From Micavibrio sp. TMED2 (lineage in GTDB: Bacteria > Pseudomonadota > Alphaproteobacteria > TMED2): a DNA stretch of 64,000 nucleotides. The translations under genes were made by a program, and so were the position numbers. Below are positions 39,291-50,171 of this stretch, piece by piece; positions within the stretch are counted from its first letter, which is position 1, and every line of letters starts with the position of its first letter. The notes under the pieces are model-generated. The model saw nothing but the letters and a program-made list of their open reading frames with translations. It searched no databases and had not been told where the DNA came from. Location of the stretch: the NCBI GenBank assembly GCA_002168225.1, contig NHBH01000009.1, forward strand, positions 785,115 through 849,114, read 5' to 3'.

Positions 39291-39437
39291 TTAGAGCAGG
39301 GTAATGCCCATAAGCGCAACTACGATAACCACAGCGATGGTGGCATAGGTTGAAACCTTGGTGAACCACTTCCAGCCATTCTGGGCGCGCTCGAGATCTT
39401 CGGCTGAAACCTGTTGTGGTTGTTGTGTACCGGCCAT
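39291..39437 (-). CDS. 48-aa single-TM micro-protein, possibly aa3-type cytochrome c oxidase subunit IV-like
   Basis: MAGTQQPQQVSAEDLERAQNGWKWFTKVSTYATIAVVIVVALMGITLL has a short hydrophilic N-terminus and one TM helix, like proteobacterial CoxIV. Start trimmed to ATG 39437. Confidence 0.4.
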   Translation of the reverse strand: MAGTQQPQQVSAEDLERAQNGWKWFTKVSTYATIAVVIVVALMGITLL

Positions 39438-39556
39438 TGTCTGTCTACCTGCAAATGAATTTGTGTAACGGGTTACGGTGTCTGAACACCGCATGACTGA
39501 TTTATGGTGCCTGTCGGCGAGCCATGCAAGCCAAACAGGTACCGGTTAGTGATCTT

Positions 39557-40177
39557 TTACGCGAAGGTTGCGCGGTTCCGGTCGAGGGTGACCCCGCCAT
39601 TGGCCAGCATGGCCAGCGCTTCCGGGTAAATCTTGTGCTCAAGCGTTAGAATCCGGTCGCTCAGGCTGTCGGGGGTATCGTCAGTGAGCACAGGAACCGA
39701 GGCCTGCTGGATGATCGGCCCGCCATCCATCTCGGCGGTGACGAAATGCACGGTACAACCGGCAATGCGCACTCCGGCGCGGATCGCCTGACCCTGCGCA
39801 TCCAGCCCCTTGAACGAAGGCAGCAGGCTCGGGTGGATATTGATCAGCTTGCCGAGCCAGCGATCCACCAGCCATGGCGAGAGCAGGCGCATGAACCCGG
39901 CGAGGCAGACAATCTCGATATCCGCACTACGCAGGCTGTCGTCAATCGCAGCCTCGAAGGCCGGTTTGTCAGCAAAATCCTTGCGCTCGATCACCCGGGT
40001 TTCAATTCCTGCCTCTTTGGCGCGTTGCAGGCCATAGGCATCGGGTTTGTCAGAGATAACGAGGGCGATTTCCGCCGGGTACTGTTCGGCGCGGGCGGCA
40101 TCGATCAGGGATTGCAGATTGCTGCCGCGACCAGAGATCAGCACCCCGACGCGCTTCTTCGTTTGGGGCTTGCTCAT
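39557..40177 (-). CDS. purN: Phosphoribosylglycinamide formyltransferase
   Basis: [10 protein letters not shown], formyltransferase core HPSLLP. ATGA overlap with the purM stop. Confidence 0.9.
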   Translation of the reverse strand: MSKPQTKKRVGVLISGRGSNLQSLIDAARAEQYPAEIALVISDKPDAYGLQRAKEAGIETRVIERKDFADKPAFEAAIDDSLRSADIEIVCLAGFMRLLSPWLVDRWLGKLINIHPSLLPSFKGLDAQGQAIRAGVRIAGCTVHFVTAEMDGGPIIQQASVPVLTDDTPDSLSDRILTLEHKIYPEALAMLANGGVTLDRNRATFA

Positions 40178-41268
40178 GCGGCAGGCTCCCAGGCAAGCCA
40201 GTCTGCATCCAGATTTTCGTAGCGAACCTGTGGCTCATCGCCGTCGCGTTGCTCAATGCGACCGATTTTCATGACGGTTTCGCCATTCTGTTTCAGCACG
40301 GCGCTGACCGCATCGGCCTGATCGGCGGGCACGGTCACAACCATGCCGATACCGCAGTTGAAGGTGCGGAGCATTTCGGTCGGGACGATATTTCCGGCCT
40401 TTGACAGCCAGCCGAATACCGGTGCCGGTTTCCAGCTGTTCATGTCGAAAACGGCGGTCACATCATCGGGCATGATGCGTGGCATGTTCTCGGGCAACCC
40501 GCCGCCGGTGATGTGACAGAAGCCATGCACATGCCCGGTTCTGAAGGCAGCGAGGCAGGAACGCACATAGATTTTGGTCGGGGCGAGCAGGGCGCTGGCG
40601 AGGCTCTGTCCGGCATCAAATGGCGCCGGTGCGTCGAGGCTCAGACCCTGCTGCTCGATAACCTGGCGCACAAGAGAAAAACCGTTTGAATGCAAGCCGT
40701 TAGAGGCAATGCCTAACATAACATCACCAGGACGGGTGAGGTCGCCTTTCAGCATTTCCTCACGCTCAACCGCGCCGAGAGAAAAGCCCGCGAGGTCGTA
40801 ATCATCCTTGTCATAGAGACCCGGCATCTCGGCGGTCTCGCCACCGATCAGTGCGCAGTTGGCGCGGCGGCAACCCTCGGCGATACCGCTCAGGATTGCG
40901 CGGCCGGTTTCAACACTCAGACGCCCGGTGGCATAATAGTCGAGGAACAGCAGCGGTTCGGCACCCTGTACCACGAGGTCATTGACGCACATGGCGACGA
41001 GATCAATGCCGATCGTGTGGTGGGTATCGCTTTCAATCGCCAGTTTCAGCTTGGTACCGACACCGTCGGTTCCGGCGACCAGTATCGGGTCCTTGTAACC
41101 GGCAGCCTTCAGATCAAAGGCCGCGCCAAAGCCACCGAGGGCACCATCGGCACCGGGACGGGCGGTTGAACGGGCGAGTGGCTTGATTGCCTCGACTAGT
41201 GCGTTTCCGGCATCGATATCGACCCCGGCATCGCGGTATGTCTGACTGGTTCTAGTTTCTTGTGTCAC
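40174..41268 (-). CDS. purM: Phosphoribosylformylglycinamidine cyclo-ligase
   Basis: AIR synthase family [12 protein letters not shown] start. Confidence 0.9.
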   Translation of the reverse strand: MTQETRTSQTYRDAGVDIDAGNALVEAIKPLARSTARPGADGALGGFGAAFDLKAAGYKDPILVAGTDGVGTKLKLAIESDTHHTIGIDLVAMCVNDLVVQGAEPLLFLDYYATGRLSVETGRAILSGIAEGCRRANCALIGGETAEMPGLYDKDDYDLAGFSLGAVEREEMLKGDLTRPGDVMLGIASNGLHSNGFSLVRQVIEQQGLSLDAPAPFDAGQSLASALLAPTKIYVRSCLAAFRTGHVHGFCHITGGGLPENMPRIMPDDVTAVFDMNSWKPAPVFGWLSKAGNIVPTEMLRTFNCGIGMVVTVPADQADAVSAVLKQNGETVMKIGRIEQRDGDEPQVRYENLDADWLAWEPAA

Positions 41269-41338
41269 GGTGGGTTATAGCTGGCTGACAAATGGGTGGC
41301 TGTTATAGTGCCCGCGAACATAACGGACCTTACGGCCA

Positions 41339-42640
41339 ATGCAATGGCCGCAGATGCTTTGCGTGATGAGAATAGTAAAAAATCAGATACCAGCCCTGTT
41401 GACTGGCGCCCTGTTCCTCGTGGTTGTGCTCGGTTTTTCCGGCTTTGCCAAGGCTGAACCGTCGCTTGCAACCCTGCATACCGTTTCCGGCATCAATGTG
41501 GATGTTACGGCCAAGAACGCCGTGCAGGCACGTGAGCAGGCCATCGCACAGGCGCAGAATCGTGCGCTCTCAATCCTGCTGCAGCGTCTGACCCTGCTGG
41601 ATAGTGTCGGTGCCTCGAAACTGGCCGAGGCCAATCCGGGCAATCTGGTGGAGAATTTCGAGATTGCCGGTGAGCGCAGCTCCAATGTTCGCTATCTCGG
41701 CGAGTTTACGGTCCAGTTCAAACCACAGGAGATCCGTCGCTTCCTGCGGGAGAACGGTGTCGGGTTCTCCGAAGCGTTCCGCCCGCCGATGCTGGTGCTG
41801 CCGGTACTGCAGGGTGATTTCGGCAACCGGCTCTGGGACTCCCCGAACCCGTGGCGCGATATCTGGCAGAACGCATCCGGCCAGTATCAGCTTCTGAGCC
41901 TGATGATACCGTCCGGCGGCCTCAATGATATGGTGGCAGGCAATGTGGATCAGGTCATGGCCGGGTCGGAAGAGGCGATTGTCAATTTGCGCAACCGCTA
42001 TGGTGCGGAATCGGTTCTGGTTGCGGCGGCCCGTGTGATCCCGGCGTCAGATACAGCGCCGCTGCGTCTTGCCGTGGAATATACCGAGTTCGGGCGTGCC
42101 ATCCGGGGTGAGGGCGTACGGGCCGGTGAACGTATCTTCGGCCTGATCGACACCACCTCGATCACCCTGTCGGCAAATGCCGGGGAGAGCGAAACTGAAC
42201 TCATGTACCGCGCCCGTGCCGCAGTACTCGATCGCCTGAACCGTGCCTGGAAACAGGCCAGTGTCGTGACCCTGTCGACCGAGAGCGGGCGTATCAATAT
42301 GGCGGTGGCGATCAGTTCCCTCGGCGAATGGCGTCAGGTACAGCGCCTATTGGCGAGCGAGACCGCGATTTCCGGTGTCACGATCCTGTCCATGGCCAAG
42401 AACCGTGCCCGCATCGCCGTTGACCATCTTGGCAGTGTCGGAGAGCTGCGTCGCCTGCTGGCCCAGAAGGGCCTGAACCTGTCGGCGGAGGCGCTGTCGG
42501 TCGATCCATCCCTTGATGGCGATCTGACCCGCAGCCAGCCACGCCTGATCGATCCGGTGACCAATGCGATCAATGATCCCCAGCGTCAGGGGGCAGTGAT
42601 CTCGACCCCGACCTATCTGCTGACCCTGTCACGGTCCTGA
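41339..42640 (+). CDS. DUF2066-domain periplasmic protein
   Basis: Signal peptide. Conserved purM / DUF2066 / AI-2E / hdaA neighbourhood. Alternative start at Met 41366. Confidence 0.65.
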   Translation: MQWPQMLCVMRIVKNQIPALLTGALFLVVVLGFSGFAKAEPSLATLHTVSGINVDVTAKNAVQAREQAIAQAQNRALSILLQRLTLLDSVGASKLAEANPGNLVENFEIAGERSSNVRYLGEFTVQFKPQEIRRFLRENGVGFSEAFRPPMLVLPVLQGDFGNRLWDSPNPWRDIWQNASGQYQLLSLMIPSGGLNDMVAGNVDQVMAGSEEAIVNLRNRYGAESVLVAAARVIPASDTAPLRLAVEYTEFGRAIRGEGVRAGERIFGLIDTTSITLSANAGESETELMYRARAAVLDRLNRAWKQASVVTLSTESGRINMAVAISSLGEWRQVQRLLASETAISGVTILSMAKNRARIAVDHLGSVGELRRLLAQKGLNLSAEALSVDPSLDGDLTRSQPRLIDPVTNAINDPQRQGAVISTPTYLLTLSRS

Positions 42641-42680
42641 GCCAACCTTTCTGCTGCCCCTAACATAGTGCTACCAGACC

Positions 42681-43832
42681 ATGCTTGATCCAGATACCCA
42701 GCCACCGCGCAAGGCAACCATCCCGGCCAAGGACCAGCTGCGGTTCTGGGGACTGGCGGCGCTCGTCTTCATCGCGCTGGTCTGGCTGCTCAATGATGTG
42801 CTGCTGCCATTTGTTGCCGGTATTGCTCTCGCCTATCTGCTCGACCCGGTGGTGGAGAAACTGGCGGCTGGGCGCATGCCGCGCTGGCTCGCCGTGCTCT
42901 GTGTGCTCGGCAGCTTTGGTCTCGCCTTTATCCTGCTGATCCTGATTGCGGCACCGCTGATCAAGCAGCAGGTGGCCGACCTGATTGCCGCCATCCCGGA
43001 ATATACCCGACAGATCAAGGATGTGATCGGTCCCCGGATTGCCGATATTACCGCCCAGTTCTCAAGCGAAGATGTGGAGCGGCTGCGCAGTGCCGCTGGT
43101 AACTATGCCGGTTCGTTCCTGTCATGGATCGGCGGCTTGATCGAGGGGATTGTCACCAGCAGTGCGGCGATTGCCAATATCCTGTCGGTGGTTCTGCTGA
43201 CCCCGCTCGTGGCCTTCTACATGCTGCGTGACTGGCCGCATATAACCAAAATTGTTGACGACCTGCTGCCAAAGGAACATGCGCCGACCATTCGCGGTAT
43301 CCTGCAGGATATTGACCGGACCATGGCCGGTTTTGTGCGCGGACAGCTGACCGTCTGCTTTATCCTCGGCTCATTCTATGCCATCGCGCTCAGCATCGCC
43401 GGGCTCAACTTCGGCTTTGTGATCGGCCTGACCTCTGGCCTGCTGTCCTTTATCCCCTATATCGGTTCCGGTTTCGGGCTGGTTGCCAGTATCGGTGTTG
43501 CGATCTTCCAGTTTCAGGACCCGACCATGGTTGGCATTATCGCCGCCATCTTCCTCGGCGGACAGCTGGTCGAGGGCAATTACCTGACCCCGCGTCTGGT
43601 GGGCGGCAGTGTCGGCCTGCATGATGTCTGGGTGATCTTTGCCCTGATGGTTGGCGGCTCGCTGCTCGGGTTTACCGGGCTGATGCTGGCGGTGCCGGTT
43701 GCGGCGATTATCGGGGTACTTATCCGCTTCGGTATCAGTCGTTACAAGCAATCCGCCGTCTATCAGGGGGGCGAAACGGTTGAGGCTGCCCCGGCGGTAA
43801 GCGAGACAACCGGCGCAGGCGAGAATGGCTGA
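42681..43832 (+). CDS. AI-2E family transporter (PerM/UPF0118)
   Basis: Eight predicted TM helices of the UPF0118 type. 8-nt overlap with hdaA. Confidence 0.8.
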   Translation: MLDPDTQPPRKATIPAKDQLRFWGLAALVFIALVWLLNDVLLPFVAGIALAYLLDPVVEKLAAGRMPRWLAVLCVLGSFGLAFILLILIAAPLIKQQVADLIAAIPEYTRQIKDVIGPRIADITAQFSSEDVERLRSAAGNYAGSFLSWIGGLIEGIVTSSAAIANILSVVLLTPLVAFYMLRDWPHITKIVDDLLPKEHAPTIRGILQDIDRTMAGFVRGQLTVCFILGSFYAIALSIAGLNFGFVIGLTSGLLSFIPYIGSGFGLVASIGVAIFQFQDPTMVGIIAAIFLGGQLVEGNYLTPRLVGGSVGLHDVWVIFALMVGGSLLGFTGLMLAVPVAAIIGVLIRFGISRYKQSAVYQGGETVEAAPAVSETTGAGENG

Positions 43833-44538
43833 TACGATTTCAGCAGCCGACCAGATCGCCCTGCCGCTGGAGAATGCGCCACGGTTCGGGCGCGACGATT
43901 ATATGGTCGGGGCGAGCAATGAGGCGGCTCTCGCCTGGTGTGACCGTTGGCCCGACTGGCCCGCGCCGGTTATCGTCCTCGTCGGCCCACCGGGTGCCGG
44001 CAAGTCCCACCTCCTGACCATCTGGCAACAACAGAGTGGTGCGGAAAACCTGCCGGTTGAGAAACTGGCACCTGACCTGATTGCCGAGATCGGCGGACGC
44101 GAACAACCGCCATTGCTGGCCATCGATCAGGCTGACCGGATTGTCGGTGATCCGGTGGCGGAAGAGGGGTTGTTTCACCTGTTCAACCATGTCCGGGCCG
44201 AGGGTGGCTCGATGCTGCTGACGGCGGCACAGCAACCAGCGCGCTGGGGATTGGCGCTGCCCGATCTGGAATCCCGGCTCAAGGCATCGCCGGTTATCAC
44301 ACTGGCGGCACCCGATGACGCCATGATGGCAGCCCTACTGGTGAAACAGCTTGCCGACCGACAGTTGATCGTCGGACAGGAAGTAGTGGATTACCTGCTG
44401 GCGCGGGTCGAGCGTTCCTATGCTGCCATTCGTGATCTGGTGGCGGCACTGGATCAGCTGTCGCTCGCCAAACACCGCCGGATTACCGTGCCGCTTGCAC
44501 GGGAAATATTGAACGAACAAGATCAGTCATTGTTTTAG
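43825..44538 (+). CDS. hdaA: DnaA-homologous regulatory inactivator HdaA
   Basis: Truncated DnaA-like AAA+ with Walker A GPPGAGKSHLL. About 235 aa. Confidence 0.8.
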   Translation: MADTISAADQIALPLENAPRFGRDDYMVGASNEAALAWCDRWPDWPAPVIVLVGPPGAGKSHLLTIWQQQSGAENLPVEKLAPDLIAEIGGREQPPLLAIDQADRIVGDPVAEEGLFHLFNHVRAEGGSMLLTAAQQPARWGLALPDLESRLKASPVITLAAPDDAMMAALLVKQLADRQLIVGQEVVDYLLARVERSYAAIRDLVAALDQLSLAKHRRITVPLAREILNEQDQSLF

Positions 44539-44557
44539 TGCCAGGGAGCATAAAATC

Positions 44558-45337
44558 ATGGATTTGGGCCTGACCGGAAAAACAGCATTGGTATGTGCCG
44601 CCAGCAAGGGGCTGGGGCGCGCCTGTGCCGAGGCGCTCGCCGCCGAGGGCTGTGCCGTTACCATCACCGCCCGTGATGAGGCGCAGCTGATCGCCACCGC
44701 GCGCGAGATCGAGGCGAAGACTGGTCAGAAGGTTGGCTATGTCGCTGGTGACATCACAACAGAAGAAGGACAGGCGGCAGCACTGCTGGCCTGTCCAACG
44801 CCGGATATTATGGTCAACAACGCCGGTGGCCCGCCGCCCGGTGATTTCAGGGACTGGAGCCGGGATGACTGGATCAAGGCGCTCGATGCCAACATGCTGA
44901 CCGCGATCATGTTGAGCAAGGCCGTTGTCGATGGCATGGCGGCGCGCAAATTTGGTCGGATCATCAATATCACCTCGGCGGCGGTCAAGGCACCGATCGA
45001 GCTGCTCGGCCTGTCCAACGGGTCGCGCGCCGGTCTGACCGGCTTTATGGCCGGGTTGGCGCGGCAACTGGCCGGTGACGGGATCACGATCAACAATCTG
45101 CTGCCGGGACCGTTCGAGACCGACCGGCTGAAAAGCACCCTTGGTGCCGTTGCCGACAAGACCGGACGACCGATTGCCGATGTTCGGGCCGAGCGTATGG
45201 CGCAGAACCCGGCGGGCCGGTTCGGTGATCCGGTGGAGTTCGGTGCTGCCTGTGCGTTTCTGGCCAGCGACAAGGCCGGTTTCATCAACGGGCAAAATCT
45301 GGTACTCGATGGTGGTGCCTTCCGGGGCACGCTCTGA
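44558..45337 (+). CDS. SDR-family oxidoreductase
   Basis: AASKGLG, NNAG and catalytic S...Y...K spacing. AGGGAG RBS. Confidence 0.8.
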   Translation: MDLGLTGKTALVCAASKGLGRACAEALAAEGCAVTITARDEAQLIATAREIEAKTGQKVGYVAGDITTEEGQAAALLACPTPDIMVNNAGGPPPGDFRDWSRDDWIKALDANMLTAIMLSKAVVDGMAARKFGRIINITSAAVKAPIELLGLSNGSRAGLTGFMAGLARQLAGDGITINNLLPGPFETDRLKSTLGAVADKTGRPIADVRAERMAQNPAGRFGDPVEFGAACAFLASDKAGFINGQNLVLDGGAFRGTL

Positions 45338-45355
45338 TCTATTGCCTGTCTTTCG

Positions 45356-46960
45356 CTAGTGGCTCGGGTCGATGATCCAGTCATCGGCCTTGCGGCGGAC
45401 CTTCTGCCAGCGTTTTGTCAGTTTTGGATCCGCATGTTCCAGCGCCGTTCGCCAGATCGCCTGCTGTTCACCAAGGGCTGTTTCCGCATCCTGATTGCCG
45501 CGCAGTGAGGCATGTTCCGAGAGGCGTCCCAGCAGGTCGATGGCGGTGAACATATCATTCTGCTGCCCGAGCTTGTCCTGCAGCTTCGCCATTGCCTTAG
45601 TGGCTGTTTTTAGATGACTGGTTCCAGTCAGTTCACTCACAATATCAGCGACATAGCGCGTCTTTTTGACCTTGAGGCGGAACCGGTGCTGGCGTCTCGG
45701 TTTGAGGCTGTGCAGCCTCTGTCCGCGCCTGTCCATGCGGTCCAGCTGTTCTATCAGCCAGCGGGAGCCAATCGCTCTGAACTCCTGTTGCATGGTATTG
45801 GGCAGCCTGGTCTGGCCGGTGGCCAGTTGCGTCAGGCGTAACAGCAGATCGGCATAGCGTTGGTCATTCAATGCCGAGATCAGCCTTGCCCGCGCTTCAC
45901 GTCGACAGGCGTCGGCGGCGGGCTGGAGGTAGTCAGCGATGTTGTCTTCATCATCCATATGACAGTGCCGGAGGTCGGGCAGGGTCTCGGACAGGAACAC
46001 ATCCCAGTTGCGCAAACTGCCGAGCTTGCCGCGCAGCCATTTGAGTTCGGTCAGCAAGGTGCCGCATGGTGAGGCTTCAAGTTGCGCACGCAAGGGGCGG
46101 GTGATCGCATCCAGTCGGCGGAGTGATACCCGCATCTGGTGCACGCCCTCGGGGCTGCTGTCGGCAAACACGACAAACTGGTTGGCCAGCAGATCGCCAA
46201 GGGTCTTTCCCGCTTGCCGTGCAAGGGCGGTGGCGGCGCTGTCCGTGGGTGAGAGTTGCGCCGGTTTGGCCTTTTGCACCACCGGATAACGGCCATCGGC
46301 GAGCCGGTAGCCCTGTTCGGCCTTGCTGCCCCCGGCCAGCCGGGCACCGCTTGCGGTGACGAGGATTTCGGCCAGCCGGTACAGAGTATTTTCATCGCCC
46401 TTTTTCAGCTCAAGCTCCACCTCGGCCAGAACCTGTTCTGCAGCACCGGCGCGCAGGACGCCGTGGTCATAGGCGATTTCGATCAGGGTGCCATTGAGGT
46501 CGATATTCTGGATATGCCGGGTGATATCGGTCTCGAACACCGGTTCCAGTGATCGGTGCCACTCCAGCGGCAGGGTGATGCTGTCGCCAAATGCCAGATC
46601 GAGAATTTCGGGCCGTGGTTCGGCATCGTTCAGCGACCATTCCCATTCCTGTCGCCGTGAACCACCGGCAAAGCCCTTGTCGCTACCGCGCCATTTCAGG
46701 TGCTGCAGCCATTGATCGCCCTTGTTGCGGACCCGCAGGGCGATGCCGTTCTGCCAGAGCAGGCGGTCGGGCGTATCGTAATAACGGCTGATCAGCTTCA
46801 CCGCGCGGGGTGCCGCGGCTTTAATGTCCGGCAATCCGTGTTCGGCGAGTTGCTTCAGCCGGGCCGGGGGCAGGGTGAATTTCAGTTCGATTTCTTCACT
46901 GACCGCTGGCTTGGCCGTGCCGGTTTTATCGCCCTGCCTGATCTTGCCGGATGCGGCCAT
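45356..46960 (-). CDS. ygiF: CYTH (triphosphate tunnel metalloenzyme) and CHAD domain protein, YgiF-like
   Basis: N-terminal EIELKF..RYYDT..L.LRVR CYTH core. C-terminal helical CHAD with conserved basic residues. Same fusion as E. coli YgiF. Confidence 0.75.
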   Translation of the reverse strand: MAASGKIRQGDKTGTAKPAVSEEIELKFTLPPARLKQLAEHGLPDIKAAAPRAVKLISRYYDTPDRLLWQNGIALRVRNKGDQWLQHLKWRGSDKGFAGGSRRQEWEWSLNDAEPRPEILDLAFGDSITLPLEWHRSLEPVFETDITRHIQNIDLNGTLIEIAYDHGVLRAGAAEQVLAEVELELKKGDENTLYRLAEILVTASGARLAGGSKAEQGYRLADGRYPVVQKAKPAQLSPTDSAATALARQAGKTLGDLLANQFVVFADSSPEGVHQMRVSLRRLDAITRPLRAQLEASPCGTLLTELKWLRGKLGSLRNWDVFLSETLPDLRHCHMDDEDNIADYLQPAADACRREARARLISALNDQRYADLLLRLTQLATGQTRLPNTMQQEFRAIGSRWLIEQLDRMDRRGQRLHSLKPRRQHRFRLKVKKTRYVADIVSELTGTSHLKTATKAMAKLQDKLGQQNDMFTAIDLLGRLSEHASLRGNQDAETALGEQQAIWRTALEHADPKLTKRWQKVRRKADDWIIDPSH

Positions 46961-46963
46961 CGC

Positions 46964-47536
46964 TTACCCCGCCATGGCCATCAGTGATTTGGGTGTGCGG
47001 AACAGGGCCAGATCGCCTGTTGGCGCATCGGGCAGTGCGGACCAGTCCGGTATGTCGAGATCGAATACGGCCAGTGCGGCAGTCGGGTACTTCCGGCGCA
47101 TGGCAATGGCACCCTCGCTATCCATATCGGCGGGTCTGAGCAGGGACAGGCCAAAATCATGCAAGTCAGGGTTGTGGGCAATGATCATGATGCTGCGCGG
47201 TGCCGTCTCCACCTGCCGCAGCCGCCGGATGAAACCCTCGACGCCACAGAGATACAGGCCGCGATCAATCTCGGCGGTAATGCTGGTACTCCATTTGCGT
47301 TCGGCCAGTTCCAGTGTGTCCAGTGCGCGGGTCGCTGAGGAGCACAGGATCAGATCGGGTAGCAGGCCCTGTTCCGCCATGAACAGGCCCATGGATTTGG
47401 CGGCACGAACCCCGCGTGGTGCCAGTGGCCGGTCATGGTCGGCCAGTTCCGGTTGATCCCATGCCGATTTGGCGTGGCGCAAGAGGATGAGCCGATGCCT
47501 CGGCCTGTCCTCATCCGGTTGTGCTGCTTCTGACAT
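46964..47536 (-). CDS. sixA: Histidine phosphatase superfamily protein, SixA-like phosphohistidine phosphatase
   Basis: RHG-type motif LILLRHAKS with catalytic His. About 190 aa. Start set at ATG 47536 (the track start is GTG 47545). 3-nt gap to the CYTH-CHAD gene. Confidence 0.65.
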   Translation of the reverse strand: MSEAAQPDEDRPRHRLILLRHAKSAWDQPELADHDRPLAPRGVRAAKSMGLFMAEQGLLPDLILCSSATRALDTLELAERKWSTSITAEIDRGLYLCGVEGFIRRLRQVETAPRSIMIIAHNPDLHDFGLSLLRPADMDSEGAIAMRRKYPTAALAVFDLDIPDWSALPDAPTGDLALFRTPKSLMAMAG

Positions 47537-47750
47537 TTTCCTCACCTGTCTCCGGTTTGTTTATTATCGCTTGTTGATAGAACGAATATTAGCCAAGCAA
47601 CTTGACCAAGTGTCTGTTTTCTCAGGCGGTTTATTGATGAAAAACCGTTTTTACTGTCGTTTGGCGCTGGTGATTGCGGCGTGTTTTCCTGTATATGTTT
47701 CCCAGCATACCATTGCAGCCTGCCGAATTCAGCACCCCTTTGTTGTGAGC

Positions 47751-50084
47751 ATGACCGAAACACCATCCCTCGACCCCGCGCTAGCCAGCAATGAGAGTGC
47801 GGATGAATCCGGTGATTTCGATGGTGATATGTCGCTGCCGGATATGGTTATCGACCAGATACCGGAGATACAGCCGGGTGAGAATGCCCTGAAAATCCGC
47901 CCAGCAACCGGTCGTGATGCACCGGTGCCCGAGGCGATCGCAACCGATGATCCCAACCGGTTTATCAACCGTGAGTTGTCCTGGTTGTCGTTCAACCAGC
48001 GGGTGCTTGAGGAAAGTTATAACGCCAGCCACCCATTGCTCGAACGGGTCCGGTTCCTGTCCATCTCGGCCAGCAATCTGGATGAGTTCTACATGGTTCG
48101 CGTGGCCGGTCTGATCGGTCAGAAGGCGGAAGGTTTCAGGAAGCTGACTCCGGAAGGGCTGACCCCGTCGGAACAGCTCACCGTGATCAACCAGCGTGCG
48201 GCGGAACTGATGCAGGATCAGCAGACCTGTTACCGCACCCTACGTTCGGAGCTGGCGGAGCAGGGGATCAGGGTGGTGCGCACCAATGATCTCGAACCGG
48301 AAGACCTGAAATGGCTGGAGAACAAGTTTCTCGCCGATTTCTTCCCGGTGCTGACGCCGATTGCCATTGATCCGGCGCATCCGTTCCCGTTCATTCCGAA
48401 TGAGGGGTTTGCGCTGGCGATCAAGCTGCGCAATGCCGACAGTGACGAGGATATGGATGCGCTGATCCCGCTGCCGAACGGGTTATCGCGCTTTATCCGG
48501 TTGCCCGGTGATGCCAGCGGTACCGCGCGTTTTGTCCTGCTTGAACGCATGGTTATCGAGTTTCTGTATCATCTGTTCCCGCCACCATTCGAACTGGTCG
48601 GCAGTGGAGCGTTCCGGGTGATCCGGGACAGTGAGGTCGAGCTTGATGAAGAGGCGGAAGACCTCGTCCGCACCTTCGAGAGTGCCTTGAAGCGGCGCAA
48701 GCGCGGTGAGGTGATCCGCCTGACCTTTGAACAGCGCATGCCCGCCGATCTGCGTGAGTTTCTGCGCGAGGAACTGGAAGCCGATCCCGAGGATTGCTTC
48801 GTCTTCGATGGTCTGCTCGGCCTTGTCGATACCAAGGAGCTGATCCTCGACGAGCGCGAGGATCTGCTGTTTCCGCCCTATCAGGCCCGGTTCCCCGAGC
48901 GTATTCGCGATTTCAACGGCGATTGCTTCGCCGCGATCCGGCACAAGGACATTCTGGTCCACCATCCCTATGAGAGCTTCGATGTGGTGGTGCAGTTCCT
49001 GCGGCAGGCGGCACGCGATCCGGATGTCATCGCGATCAAGCAGACGCTGTACCGGACCAGTAAGGACTCTCCGATCATCAGCGCACTGGTCGAGGCCGCC
49101 GAGGCGGGCAAATCGGTTACCGCCATGGTGGAAATCCGCGCCCGGTTCGATGAGGAAGCCAATCTGCGCTGGGCCCGCGACCTTGAACGCTCCGGCGCGC
49201 AGGTGGTGCTCGGTTTTGCCGATCTCAAAACCCATGCCAAGGTCTCTATGGTGGTACGCAAGGAAGCGCAGGGTTTGCGGACCTATGTCCACCTCGGCAC
49301 CGGCAATTATCACCCGATCACGGCAAAGATTTATACCGACCTGTCATTCTTCACCTGTGATCCGATGCTCTGTTACGATGCGGCACAGCTGTTCAACTAT
49401 ATGACCGGCTATGCCAAGCCATCCCGGATGAACAAGCTGTCGATTGCACCGCTGAACCTGCGGGAGAAGCTTGAGCAGTCAATCAAGGCGGAGATCGAGC
49501 ACGCCAAAGCGGGCGAGCCGGCAGCGATCTGGTTCAAGATGAACTCTCTGGTCGATGATACGCTGATTGATCTGTTGTATGAGGCATCGAATGCCGGTGT
49601 GAAAGTCGCACTGGTTGTGCGCGGCATCTGTTGCCTGCGGCCCGGCATCCCGGGATTGTCGGAAAACATCACTGTCTATTCCATCGTCGGTCGCCATCTG
49701 GAGCACAGCCGTATCTATTGTTTCGGTAATGGCCGTGGTCTGCCGTCGGATGAGGCGTTGGTAATGATCTCCTCGGCTGATTTGATGCCGCGCAATCTTG
49801 ATCGCCGGATAGAAACCCTGGTCCCGATCGAGAACCGGACGGTGCACCGACAGGTGCTGAACCAGATTATGGTCGCCAATCTCAAAGACACCGAACAATG
49901 TTGGGTGATGCAGCCTGACGGGCAGTATGAGCGGTTCCATCTGCCCGAGGATGCCGACCCGAAAGAGCGGTTTTCCGCGCATCGTTACTTCATGACCAAT
50001 CCGAGCCTGTCCGGTCGGGGCAGTGCGATGCAGGAACAACACCGTCCACCGACATTGAGCCTCGATGAACGGCGCAGGCGCTAG
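47751..50084 (+). CDS. ppk: Polyphosphate kinase 1, with a ~50-aa acidic N-terminal extension
   Basis: [17 protein letters not shown]-domain. Phospho-histidine region. Two PLD-like C-terminal domains (HAKVSMV..., [10 protein letters not shown]). The ORF-track start at 47469 is implausible; first credible ATG is 47751. Confidence 0.88.
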   Translation: MTETPSLDPALASNESADESGDFDGDMSLPDMVIDQIPEIQPGENALKIRPATGRDAPVPEAIATDDPNRFINRELSWLSFNQRVLEESYNASHPLLERVRFLSISASNLDEFYMVRVAGLIGQKAEGFRKLTPEGLTPSEQLTVINQRAAELMQDQQTCYRTLRSELAEQGIRVVRTNDLEPEDLKWLENKFLADFFPVLTPIAIDPAHPFPFIPNEGFALAIKLRNADSDEDMDALIPLPNGLSRFIRLPGDASGTARFVLLERMVIEFLYHLFPPPFELVGSGAFRVIRDSEVELDEEAEDLVRTFESALKRRKRGEVIRLTFEQRMPADLREFLREELEADPEDCFVFDGLLGLVDTKELILDEREDLLFPPYQARFPERIRDFNGDCFAAIRHKDILVHHPYESFDVVVQFLRQAARDPDVIAIKQTLYRTSKDSPIISALVEAAEAGKSVTAMVEIRARFDEEANLRWARDLERSGAQVVLGFADLKTHAKVSMVVRKEAQGLRTYVHLGTGNYHPITAKIYTDLSFFTCDPMLCYDAAQLFNYMTGYAKPSRMNKLSIAPLNLREKLEQSIKAEIEHAKAGEPAAIWFKMNSLVDDTLIDLLYEASNAGVKVALVVRGICCLRPGIPGLSENITVYSIVGRHLEHSRIYCFGNGRGLPSDEALVMISSADLMPRNLDRRIETLVPIENRTVHRQVLNQIMVANLKDTEQCWVMQPDGQYERFHLPEDADPKERFSAHRYFMTNPSLSGRGSAMQEQHRPPTLSLDERRRR

Positions 50085-50171
50085 CGGCGTTTGTTAATGC
50101 GATGCTGTTCTTGCTCTCAGCGCTGTGCCACCGTATGACCACGGGGAACAGCCCGTAACCACACTGTATTT

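Noticed and set aside
47546-47750. Possible Pho box upstream of ppk (CTGTCGT / TGTCTGT fragments)
   Set aside because: Only isolated half-site-like fragments and no properly spaced direct repeat. It cannot be supported from sequence alone.
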